A stretch of DNA of 64,000 bases from a virus. Of this stretch, positions 27,682-36,566 are shown piece by piece; position 1 is the stretch's first letter, and every line of letters begins with the position of its first letter. A program made the translations under genes and the position numbers. Under the pieces are notes generated by a model. That model saw only the letters and a list, made by a program, of their open reading frames with translations, did no database searches and was not told the origin of the DNA. The stretch spans positions 34,069 to 98,068 of IMG/VR virus record IMGVR_UViG_3300007735_000794. One strand, written 5' to 3'.

Positions 27682-28596
27682 ATGAAAAGAGAAAATGTAT
27701 TTGCATTAGCTGTTGTTGGAGGCCCGCAAACAGAAGTGTTGTATCACTGGTTTAAGCACGCAGCAGAAAATTTCAAAATTCCAGAGCAGAATATTTTGAT
27801 TGGTTTTCATGAAAATGAAATGTATCCTGAGAAGAATAAAAGATGGAAAGAAATTTTTAATGACTTAAACATTACTCCAATAAAAACAATAACATCTACG
27901 GGTTGGTCTGCAGAAGTTCAAACATCATTATTTTCAAGCTTGCATGATGTCGCAAATAGAGTCGACGGTTGGACAGTTCGGGCAGATTGTGATGAATTGC
28001 TTGAATTTCATAAAGGAAATCATGATATTCTTGAATTGATTGATGATCTTGAATCAAGAAAAGAAACGTTTATTCGTGGGATAACTTGCGATAGAATAGC
28101 AGCAGATGGTGAATTGATAGAAATTAAAAGAGACACAACACTTTTTGAACAATTTCCAATTGCATTGTATGAATACGCTAGATTAAAAACGCTTGCAAGA
28201 AAAGCACGTGGGCTGAGCAATCCAAATATTCGCGCAGATCGTCCTGAGGGATCTGGGATTGCTATTCATAAAAATAGAATTCCAATTACAAAATCAGTTC
28301 ATAACTTTGATAATCCATACGATCCGCGCCTTAAAGAATGTCACAAATATGCAATTTTGCATCATTTTAAATATGACAAAGAATTTTATGACAAGCACAA
28401 AGAATTTGGAAAAGAAGTAGGAAAAATGTACGGTCATCCAGATATCTCAGCAATAATCGAAAAATTTTATGATTTTGACACAAACAGGCTTGATATAAAG
28501 AAAATTAACGAAGAATTCACAAAACAGTCAGAACCAAAAAGATTTGAATTTAACAGTAGTTTTCCAACAAACCAACAACCACCGCGGTGGGTATAA
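27682..28596 (+). CDS. GT2-like glycosyltransferase, paralog of 21696..22559
   Basis: RADCDEL, G...DRIAADG, HHFKY. Confidence 0.72.
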   Translation: MKRENVFALAVVGGPQTEVLYHWFKHAAENFKIPEQNILIGFHENEMYPEKNKRWKEIFNDLNITPIKTITSTGWSAEVQTSLFSSLHDVANRVDGWTVRADCDELLEFHKGNHDILELIDDLESRKETFIRGITCDRIAADGELIEIKRDTTLFEQFPIALYEYARLKTLARKARGLSNPNIRADRPEGSGIAIHKNRIPITKSVHNFDNPYDPRLKECHKYAILHHFKYDKEFYDKHKEFGKEVGKMYGHPDISAIIEKFYDFDTNRLDIKKINEEFTKQSEPKRFEFNSSFPTNQQPPRWV

Positions 28597-28597
28597 A

Positions 28598-29194
28598 ATG
28601 AAAGTAACAATTCATCAACCAGAACATTTTCCGTATATCGGTTTTTTTAAAAAAATGAATGAAGCAGATTTGTTTATTGTTCTTGACAATGTGAAATTCA
28701 AAAAGAATGATTTTCAAAATAGAAATCGTTTTGTGAATAGATCGGGCAATGAAGAATGGTTTACAGTACCTGTTGAAAAAGACGCAAATTCAAAACTAAT
28801 CAATGAAGTGAAAGTATCAAAAGATCCTATCTGGCGTTCAAAGCTGATAAAACAGCATCTACATAACAAACTAAATGTATCAAGCGTTTATGAAGACAGC
28901 GAATTATTGATTGATATAAATATGAAAAGTATCGTCTGGTGTAGAGATAAATGGAAAATTACTACACCAATGATAATGGCATCATCACTTGCAGCATCGG
29001 GATCAAAATCCGAATTGCTTTTAAACATTTGCAAAGAAGTCGGTGCAACAACGTATCTATCAGGCAAAGGTGGCTTTGACTATCTTGACAAGACAATCTT
29101 TGATGAAGCAAAAATAAATGTTGAATTTTTTGACCCGAAAATTGATAATATGATGTCTTCGCTTTATAATCAAACAACAACAATCAATTATTGA
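28598..29194 (+). CDS. WbqC-like protein
   Basis: IHQPEHFPYIGFF, QNRNR, YLSG.GG..Y. Confidence 0.88.
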   Translation: MKVTIHQPEHFPYIGFFKKMNEADLFIVLDNVKFKKNDFQNRNRFVNRSGNEEWFTVPVEKDANSKLINEVKVSKDPIWRSKLIKQHLHNKLNVSSVYEDSELLIDINMKSIVWCRDKWKITTPMIMASSLAASGSKSELLLNICKEVGATTYLSGKGGFDYLDKTIFDEAKINVEFFDPKIDNMMSSLYNQTTTINY

Positions 29195-29201
29195 GAGAAA
29201 T

Positions 29202-30188
29202 ATGACATCTATCGGTGTAATTGGTCAAGGCTTCGTAGGTGGAAGTTTGACGACTGTTTTTAGTCGTAAGCATCAAACAACTGTCTACGCTTACGATAAG
29301 ACAGGTAAACTTGCGCAAGGAGCAACTGAGATATTTATGCCAGATGTAGTAAGAAAACCTGCGTCTGTTTACGAATTTGCAAAAGCGTGCGTTTTACTCA
29401 ACAAAAACGAATACGATGAAAAATTTTCAAATGTATTTTTTGTCTGTGTTCCCACGCCAATGTATGCAGACGGTTCTGCAGATATTTCAATCGTTGAAAA
29501 TGTATTAGATGATATTTCTGATGTTTCTTTTGAGACAAAAAACGACGTCATCGCAGTAATAAAATCAACTGTTCCGCCGGGTTCTACACACAAATGGAAT
29601 GAAAAATATAAAGATAAATTTCTTCATGTTATATTCAATCCAGAGTTCTTAACAGAAGCCAACGCATTGCAAGATATGGAAAATCAAGATCGTATCATTC
29701 TTGGCGGACCGAGACCGTGGATTAATGAAGTCAAGAGCATTTTTGAAAATGCATTTATTGGCGTCCCAGTAATCAAAACGGGATCGACAACGGCAGAAAT
29801 GGTAAAATACACGACAAACTGTTTTCTTGCAGTTAAAGTTTCATTTGCAAACGAGCTTGCACAAATATGTGAAGCGCTAGATGATGAAGGTCTTAACATT
29901 GACTATGACAAAGTTGTAGAATATGCAAAATTAGATAAACGATTGGGTAATTCACACTGGTCAGTTCCTGGCCCCATGGCAACACATGACGGCAGGTATG
30001 TAAAAGGTTGGGGAGGCAGTTGCTTTGTAAAAGATCTCAATGCGCTAATGTTTGAAGCAACTTCACTTGGCGTTGATACAAAAGTAATGCGCGCTGCGTG
30101 GGAAAAGAACTTAGAAGTAAGAAAACCAGAAGATAGAGACTGGGAGCACTTGCAAGGTAGAGCGGTAAGCGTTAATGTAAAATCATAA
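29202..30188 (+). CDS. UDP-glucose/GDP-mannose dehydrogenase family protein
   Basis: GQGFVG, CVPTP, KSTVPPG, NPEFL, AEMVKY, GGSCFVKD. Confidence 0.92.
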   Translation: MTSIGVIGQGFVGGSLTTVFSRKHQTTVYAYDKTGKLAQGATEIFMPDVVRKPASVYEFAKACVLLNKNEYDEKFSNVFFVCVPTPMYADGSADISIVENVLDDISDVSFETKNDVIAVIKSTVPPGSTHKWNEKYKDKFLHVIFNPEFLTEANALQDMENQDRIILGGPRPWINEVKSIFENAFIGVPVIKTGSTTAEMVKYTTNCFLAVKVSFANELAQICEALDDEGLNIDYDKVVEYAKLDKRLGNSHWSVPGPMATHDGRYVKGWGGSCFVKDLNALMFEATSLGVDTKVMRAAWEKNLEVRKPEDRDWEHLQGRAVSVNVKS

Positions 30189-30203
30189 TTTGCTCATTAT
30201 AAT
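30176..30203 (+). promoter_or_regulatory. Putative sigma70-type promoter, leaderless
   Basis: TGTAAA-N16-TATAAT, 5 nt before the ATG at 30209. Confidence 0.6.
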
Positions 30204-30208
30204 AAATA

Positions 30209-31039
30209 ATGAAAACTATAAATGAAGACAAAATTACGTTCCCGACTGGCAAACAACACATTTCTTACTCTGAAGTAAAAATATGGACAGAATGTCCATG
30301 GAAGCATAAGCTGCTTTATATTGACAAAGTTGGAACATTTGAAACAAATGAGAATCTTTCATTTGGCACAACACTTCACACTGAGTGTGAAAGCTATTTA
30401 AAAACAAAAACATTTAGTCTTGAAAGAATGCGTGGAAGCATAGACAGAGTTTGGGATACGCATAATTTACAAAACAAAGAGCAGTGGAAAAAAGAGGGCG
30501 CAGCAATTTTAGATGATATGCCAAAATTTCTTGATGAGACTTTTCCAAATTGGTCATGTATAAAAGCAGAATATCCCCTTTTCGAAGCAATAGAAAACTC
30601 TGATATAAAATTCAAAGGATTTGTTGATGGTCTAATAAAGGCTAAAAACAAAAGAGGCAATGACGTATTATGGGTAGTAGATTGGAAAACGTGTGGCCCG
30701 AGAGGGTGGGCAGCAGATAAAAAACAAGATCCCCTAGTTCAAGCACAAATTGTCTTGTATAAATCATACATTTCAGAAAAATTTTCAATAGATCCAAAAG
30801 ACATAAAATGCGGTTTTGTTTTGCTAAAGCGCGGAGTAAAGCCAGGAAAATCATGTGAGCTTGTTGAAATTTCTGCAGGTCCAAAAACATTAGAAAAATC
30901 AAATAAACTTGTATCGTCGATGATATCGGGCGTTAAATCGGGTACTTGCATAAAGAATAGAATGTCGTGCACATATTGCGAATTTAAAGAAACAAAACAC
31001 TGCCCTGGATCAAGCACATTTAAACCTTTTACTGCATGA
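30209..31039 (+). CDS. PD-(D/E)XK exonuclease, Cas4/AddB-like with Fe-S Cys
   Basis: SYS...CP, GT.LH, GFVD...VDWKT, Q..LY, CTYCEF....HC. Confidence 0.87.
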   Translation: MKTINEDKITFPTGKQHISYSEVKIWTECPWKHKLLYIDKVGTFETNENLSFGTTLHTECESYLKTKTFSLERMRGSIDRVWDTHNLQNKEQWKKEGAAILDDMPKFLDETFPNWSCIKAEYPLFEAIENSDIKFKGFVDGLIKAKNKRGNDVLWVVDWKTCGPRGWAADKKQDPLVQAQIVLYKSYISEKFSIDPKDIKCGFVLLKRGVKPGKSCELVEISAGPKTLEKSNKLVSSMISGVKSGTCIKNRMSCTYCEFKETKHCPGSSTFKPFTA

Positions 31040-31060
31040 TTATATGAGTATTATTGTAAC

Positions 31061-32308
31061 ATGCAAAAAAAGTATAAAGTTTTAGTTCTTTCTGATCACG
31101 CGCTTTCAACATCGGGCGTTGGTACACAAACATTCCATTTACTAAATGGTTTGATTAAAAAGGGTGAATGGACATTTCGCCAATTTGGCGCTGCTATAAA
31201 ACATGCAGATTATAGAACTGTCGTAGTGAATGAAGATCTTATTATAAAGCCAATTGATGGTTTTGGAAATAGAGACCTTATTAGAATTACTCTCGCTGCA
31301 GAAAAGCCAGATTTGCTTCTTATCTTTACAGATCCACGATTTTTTACGTGGTTATTTGAAATGGAAGACGAAATCCATCAAATTTGTCCAATTGCTTGGT
31401 GGCACGTATGGGATAATGGACCGTATCCAAAATTTAATGAAGTCTTTTATAGATCAACAGACTTGATAAATTGTCATTCTCACATGACCTACGACCTTAT
31501 AAAAGAGCAGTTTGCAAATAAAACAAACTTTATCCCGCATGCAATTCCTGAGAATATGTTTTTCCCAATCGATCAATCGCAAAAGACAAATCTTAAACAG
31601 ACTATTTTAGGACAATCACGTCTTGATCATTTTGTTGGAATATGGGTTAATAGAAATGCAAAGAGAAAGCGCCCAAGTGATGTTTTGATGTCATGGAAGA
31701 TTTTTTGTGACAACTTACAAAAAGAAAAAGGTCATAAAAATGCAACATTGATAATGCACACTGACCCATTAGATCAAGAAGGCCCGAATCTTTTTGAAGT
31801 TGCAGATGCATTAGGCATCGTAAATAATATTATGTTTTCTAAAGACAGACTTGAATTTAAAAACATGAACATGCTATATAACATATCAGATTTTTGTATG
31901 AACATATCATACGCAGAAGGGTTTGGTTTGAGTACGCTTGAAGCAATGAATGCAGGCACACCAATTATTGCAGCAAAAACGGGTGGCCTTACAAGACAAG
32001 TAGTCGATCATCGTGACGGGTCAGAAAATGGTGTCGCATTAGAAGTTGATTGTAAAACTCTTGTAGGCAGTCAAGTTGTGCCCTATATTTACGAAGATTA
32101 CGTTAATTGTGACAATGTCGCCCGCGGAATAATGAAGCTGTATAACATGTCAAATGAAGAAAAAATAAATCTAAAAAAGAAAGTTCGTGAATACGCGCTA
32201 TCAGAATTTAATTACCAGAAGACAATTGATGATTGGCACACAACTGCAAAAAATCTAATTGAAACTTGGCGTGATAATAGAATTAATTGGGAAATGAGGA
32301 CATTTTAA
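31061..32308 (+). CDS. GT4 family glycosyltransferase
   Basis: SGVG, NRNAKRKR, EGFGLSTLEAMNAGTP. Confidence 0.9.
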   Translation: MQKKYKVLVLSDHALSTSGVGTQTFHLLNGLIKKGEWTFRQFGAAIKHADYRTVVVNEDLIIKPIDGFGNRDLIRITLAAEKPDLLLIFTDPRFFTWLFEMEDEIHQICPIAWWHVWDNGPYPKFNEVFYRSTDLINCHSHMTYDLIKEQFANKTNFIPHAIPENMFFPIDQSQKTNLKQTILGQSRLDHFVGIWVNRNAKRKRPSDVLMSWKIFCDNLQKEKGHKNATLIMHTDPLDQEGPNLFEVADALGIVNNIMFSKDRLEFKNMNMLYNISDFCMNISYAEGFGLSTLEAMNAGTPIIAAKTGGLTRQVVDHRDGSENGVALEVDCKTLVGSQVVPYIYEDYVNCDNVARGIMKLYNMSNEEKINLKKKVREYALSEFNYQKTIDDWHTTAKNLIETWRDNRINWEMRTF

Positions 32309-33471
32309 TGAAAAGTGTAGTAATTCGCGCACCACTACTATCAGTGTCTGGGTACGGTGAGCATTCTCGTCAAGTATATAAATATTTGTGTACAAAAAAA
32401 AATATAATCTTAAAAACGCAAGTCGTTCAATGGGGTAATACTTCATGGAACATTGACAAGAATGCATGCAACGGTCTAATTGCAAAAATCATGGAAGAAT
32501 CTGCATCTGAAGACAAACGTTATGATGTTTCTGTGCAAATACAACTTCCTGATGAATGGTCAAATTCGCTGGCCGTTTTTAATATCGGAATCACAGCAGG
32601 CGTCGAAACAACAATTTGCAATCCAAAGTGGATCGAAGCAATAAATAAGATGAACCTTGTTATTGTTCCAAGTACACATGTTAAAACAACGTTTGAAAAG
32701 TCAGGCAATATTACGACGCCTATCGTAGTCATTGGTGAGTGGTATCAAGAAGAGCTAGACAAAGATCCGCTACAACATATTCTTGATCTTGAATTTGATA
32801 CAAAGGATAATTTTTTAATCGTATCACAGCTGACAGCGCTAGATGACGTCAGTGATAGAAAAAACATACTTAACACACTAAAGTGGTTTTGTGAAGCATT
32901 TTCAAATAACAAAGATGTAGGTCTCATTTTAAAGACGAACTTAGGCAGAGGAACTCATATTGATAGAGCAGGCGTTCATAATGTGATAGCGCAAGCACTT
33001 CAGAAATTTAGAAAAGGAAGTTTTCCAAGAGTTCACGTAATTCATGGTAATATGACAGATCATGAAATTGCATCTTTGTATCAACATAAATCGCTTGTCG
33101 GTTTTATCAACATTACACGTGGTGAAGGGTTTGGAATTCCAATCTTAGATGCAACAATTGCATGCTTGCCCGTTGTTACGACAGCATGGTCAGGTCACTT
33201 GGACTTTATGAATTTAGGCAAATATATACCAATTGAGTGTGATTTAATCGACATTCCAGCATCAAAAATTGATGAAAGAATATTTGTTGCAGGTGCAAAA
33301 TGGGCAAACCCGCGAGAAACAGACTTTAAGAAAAAATTAGTCAAGCTTTATGAAAATAACAAGATACCAAAAGAATGGGCAAAAGAATTATCGACAAAAT
33401 GCAAGAACAAATACTCAAGAACTGCTATAATTGATTCATATGATAAAATCTTAACAAAAGTATTAGAATAA
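32308..33471 (+). CDS. GT4 family glycosyltransferase
   Basis: SGYG, DRKN, RGEGFGIPILDA...WSGHLDF. Confidence 0.9.
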   Translation: MKSVVIRAPLLSVSGYGEHSRQVYKYLCTKKNIILKTQVVQWGNTSWNIDKNACNGLIAKIMEESASEDKRYDVSVQIQLPDEWSNSLAVFNIGITAGVETTICNPKWIEAINKMNLVIVPSTHVKTTFEKSGNITTPIVVIGEWYQEELDKDPLQHILDLEFDTKDNFLIVSQLTALDDVSDRKNILNTLKWFCEAFSNNKDVGLILKTNLGRGTHIDRAGVHNVIAQALQKFRKGSFPRVHVIHGNMTDHEIASLYQHKSLVGFINITRGEGFGIPILDATIACLPVVTTAWSGHLDFMNLGKYIPIECDLIDIPASKIDERIFVAGAKWANPRETDFKKKLVKLYENNKIPKEWAKELSTKCKNKYSRTAIIDSYDKILTKVLE

Positions 33472-33776
33472 TGATTTACTCAATAATTTTTAATGTTGTA
33501 TTGCTTATTGCATTAGTAACATCGCTTCGTAAGCTCTATTCGTTTGGATTAACAATGCTGAAAATGCAAGATACAATAGAAGAGAGCCTTGATATTTTAG
33601 ATGAAAGATACAAGAGCATCTCTTTAATTCTTCAAAAACCCGTATTCTTTGATTCTTTAGAAGTACGTCAAGTTTTAGATGATATTGATGCAGCTCGTCA
33701 AGCAATACTCTATATTGCAAACAAATTAAACATCGTTCAAGAGACTGACGTAGATGTTAAAAAAGAAAACAATTAA
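33471..33776 (+). CDS. Hypothetical membrane-anchored coiled-coil protein
   Basis: N-terminal hydrophobic helix IIFNVVLLIALV. Confidence 0.65.
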   Translation: MIYSIIFNVVLLIALVTSLRKLYSFGLTMLKMQDTIEESLDILDERYKSISLILQKPVFFDSLEVRQVLDDIDAARQAILYIANKLNIVQETDVDVKKENN

Positions 33777-34476
33777 AACAGCGACAAAGAAAGTCAATAC
33801 ATTGAAGTATTACTTTCATGAAGGTACGCAGACTTCTATCGTAAATTTTCAAACAGAAACAGATTCATCTGTCAAAAGTAACATTTATTTAAACGAAATT
33901 TTACCTGCATTTACAAAGTTAGTAGAAAATTTAATTTTCATTCACAGCAATGAAGAGTTAAAATATTCTGATGATTTTAAAAATGATTGTATTTCATTTT
34001 TATATGAAACACTGAAAAAATTTGATGCGTCAAGAGGAACAAAAGCATTTAGCTATTTCAATGTTGTAGCAAAAAATTGGATTATTGTAAAAAGTAGACA
34101 ATATCAAAAACGAACGAATAGAAATATGTCAATTGACGAGCACAGTCATTTAAGAAAAACAATAGAAACGGGTCAATGTAACATTTTTGACATTGACCCT
34201 TTGTCAAACAAAGAAACAATTCATAACGAAACTGTCAAAAATATTGATATTGTTTTGAAGAAGATAAATTCAAAACTTTCATGCGAAAATGATAAAGTTT
34301 GCATGGAAAGCATTATCAAACTATTTGAAAATATAGATAATCTAGAGAGCTTAAATAAGCGTGCAATTTTTGTTTATGTGAGAGATATGACGAATTTAAC
34401 GCCAAAGCAACTTTCATCGTCGATGTCTGCAATACGTAAACACTACAGAGACATTAGCAAAAATCAAATTTTTTAG
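33754..34476 (+). CDS. Phage sigma factor, T4 gp55-like (late)
   Basis: Region 2 DCISFLYETLKKFDASRGTKAFSYFNVVAKN. No canonical region-4 motif. Located directly ahead of the structural operon. Confidence 0.75.
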   Translation: MLKKKTIKTATKKVNTLKYYFHEGTQTSIVNFQTETDSSVKSNIYLNEILPAFTKLVENLIFIHSNEELKYSDDFKNDCISFLYETLKKFDASRGTKAFSYFNVVAKNWIIVKSRQYQKRTNRNMSIDEHSHLRKTIETGQCNIFDIDPLSNKETIHNETVKNIDIVLKKINSKLSCENDKVCMESIIKLFENIDNLESLNKRAIFVYVRDMTNLTPKQLSSSMSAIRKHYRDISKNQIF

Positions 34477-34484
34477 AGAGACAA

Positions 34485-34871
34485 ATGTCACAAAAAGATT
34501 ATCAAGACACAATAGAAAAAATCAATCTAAAAGAAAAAAAGATCAAAGCATTTGGTGATCTTCTCAATGCGATTAAAGACTTAGATTCTAAAAAGAAACT
34601 TCTATGGCTTGACATTTACAATAATGCAGTAGATGATAGAGAAAATGCTGCTGTGTTGTTTATGGATACACTTATGCAAGTAAAAGGAAATGTCGCAAAT
34701 CACAACATTCTTGGGCCTGTTGTAGCAAAATATCTTGAAAGAATGTCAAAAGCAAATGACCAGATACTAAAATTAGCAGAGCTCATTGCAAATGAGACGA
34801 CAGAGACGCCGGTTGATGACAATTCAATTTACGATAGCATTGGAAAATTTGATGATATGGCAGGAAGATGA
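34485..34871 (+). CDS. Hypothetical helical protein
   Basis: 128 aa ORF within the operon. Confidence 0.7.
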   Translation: MSQKDYQDTIEKINLKEKKIKAFGDLLNAIKDLDSKKKLLWLDIYNNAVDDRENAAVLFMDTLMQVKGNVANHNILGPVVAKYLERMSKANDQILKLAELIANETTETPVDDNSIYDSIGKFDDMAGR

Positions 34872-36025
34872 TAGACTTAATGTCAAAAGTGTATACTGCA
34901 GTTGTTGTAGAATACTTTAAGAGCCCAATAACAACTACGTCAAAACTTGCTGATGTAGTGCAAAAATATGCAGATTTAAAGATGACAATTTCATCTCCAC
35001 AAAAACTGCTTAATATGCCACGAGGCGCGATACTCGGAAAATACATTGATATGCCAGATTTTGCAGATTTGCAAATATTTTATCCATTTTTTTCTCATTT
35101 AAAAATGCCTATCAAGCCCGGCGAACAAATTTTTGTGTTAAATAATGGAAAAATTGGGTATTGGATGTCAAGAAAAGTATCAGATGTTATTGCAGAAGAT
35201 CCCAACTATACACACAATGATCGTTCAATTTTTTCTTCAACATCGATTTCGACAACACAGACCAGCCCAGGTACGAAAGTTCCTGCAAACGAATTTCCAG
35301 ATCTTGGAAATACGCTGTCATATAAAAAAATAGTAGAAAACTCTGACGCAATCAAAGAAGACTTTCAAGGCGAATCTGTCCCGAGACATAATTCATTAAG
35401 CACAGACTTTGTAATGCAAGGATCGAATAATACAATCATCGTTATGGGAAGCGCAGCAACAATAGGTGAAAAACAAAAAGACGCAGCATTTGTTGGTATA
35501 ACAGCAGGCCGTGGGTCAACACCTGCAACAGCACCGACGACAAAAATTCAAAATTCAAGAAATTACGAAGAAACAAACAAAGCAGTTGCTGCTAATGAAA
35601 ATGAAGGCGCGCTAGATCCAATAAACGATAAATCTACTATTATCTTGACAATGAAAATTGATCCTGATGTTTTGATGAATTCAAACATCGGAAATATAAC
35701 TGGCGAAGGCGCGTCAATAATTGAGAAAAGTGACAAGATAAGAATTATTGCTAGAAATGATATAAAAATAACTGTGGGTGACGATCCAAATGCAGCAGGA
35801 ATAATCATAAAGAATGGGGATATTATTCTTATACCCTCGCCCACTGGTGTTATCAAGCTTGGGAGTGAGGACGCTTCCGGCGCAATATTAGCATCACCCG
35901 CAGCAATAAATGTTGGCGGAATCATAACAGCACCTCCGCTTGTTGACACTAACGGTGGCACTATGGGCGTGCCAGGAGTTCCTGCGACAGGTGTGTTTTC
36001 TTCTAAAGTGTTAGTAAAAGTATAA
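34868..36025 (+). CDS. Putative baseplate hub or central spike (gp5/gpV-like)
   Basis: OB-fold-like PIKPGEQIFV, C-terminal beta-repeat SDKIRIIARNDIKI...IIIKNGDIIL, directly before the gp25-like gene. Confidence 0.6.
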   Translation: MIDLMSKVYTAVVVEYFKSPITTTSKLADVVQKYADLKMTISSPQKLLNMPRGAILGKYIDMPDFADLQIFYPFFSHLKMPIKPGEQIFVLNNGKIGYWMSRKVSDVIAEDPNYTHNDRSIFSSTSISTTQTSPGTKVPANEFPDLGNTLSYKKIVENSDAIKEDFQGESVPRHNSLSTDFVMQGSNNTIIVMGSAATIGEKQKDAAFVGITAGRGSTPATAPTTKIQNSRNYEETNKAVAANENEGALDPINDKSTIILTMKIDPDVLMNSNIGNITGEGASIIEKSDKIRIIARNDIKITVGDDPNAAGIIIKNGDIILIPSPTGVIKLGSEDASGAILASPAAINVGGIITAPPLVDTNGGTMGVPGVPATGVFSSKVLVKV

Positions 36026-36054
36026 CATTGAAGAATGACGACATTAAAATAGGA

Positions 36055-36061
36055 ATAGTTA
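36055..36061 (+). promoter_or_regulatory. Putative late promoter ATAGTTA
   Basis: 6 nt before the ATG at 36068. Confidence 0.55.
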
Positions 36062-36067
36062 TTTTAT

Positions 36068-36565
36068 ATGTCAAATTCAACAACATCGCAGCAGACTGCA
36101 CGCAGATTCAAGGGCGGTACTAGCGTTATAACACAAAGAATAGAAGAAGTTCCAATTGTTTCATCGCCTCCAATTGGAATAAAAACACCGCTCAGAAAAG
36201 CGACAAAACAAGGCCAGCTTTTTGATCAACATTTTGACATAGAATCAGACGTAATTGACAATTTTAAAAATATGTTAATGACAAATTACGGCGAAAGATT
36301 GATGTATCCTGATTTTGGCGCAAACTTAATATCGCTTCTAAATGAAAGAGTCTCAAGCGATGAATGGGATCAACAAGCATCACGCCTGATAACAAATACA
36401 GTCCAAAAATATATGCCTCAAATTTCTCTCGGTGGAATCACAACAAAAATAATGCAATCAAAAAATGATGGGTTTTCTCATTTAAATTTGATTGTGTTAT
36501 TTTCGATTCCAAGACTTGGAATACAAAATCGACAACTAGAAATTAACATTACAAGCGCGAGCTAA
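36068..36565 (+). CDS. Baseplate wedge subunit, gp25/GPW-like
   Basis: NFKNMLMTNYGERLMYPDFGANL...YMP. Confidence 0.9.
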   Translation: MSNSTTSQQTARRFKGGTSVITQRIEEVPIVSSPPIGIKTPLRKATKQGQLFDQHFDIESDVIDNFKNMLMTNYGERLMYPDFGANLISLLNERVSSDEWDQQASRLITNTVQKYMPQISLGGITTKIMQSKNDGFSHLNLIVLFSIPRLGIQNRQLEINITSAS

Positions 36566-36566
36566 A

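Noticed and set aside
30209-31039. CRISPR-Cas system around the Cas4-like gene
   Set aside because: No repeat-spacer array or other cas genes, and no intergenic space large enough for an array.
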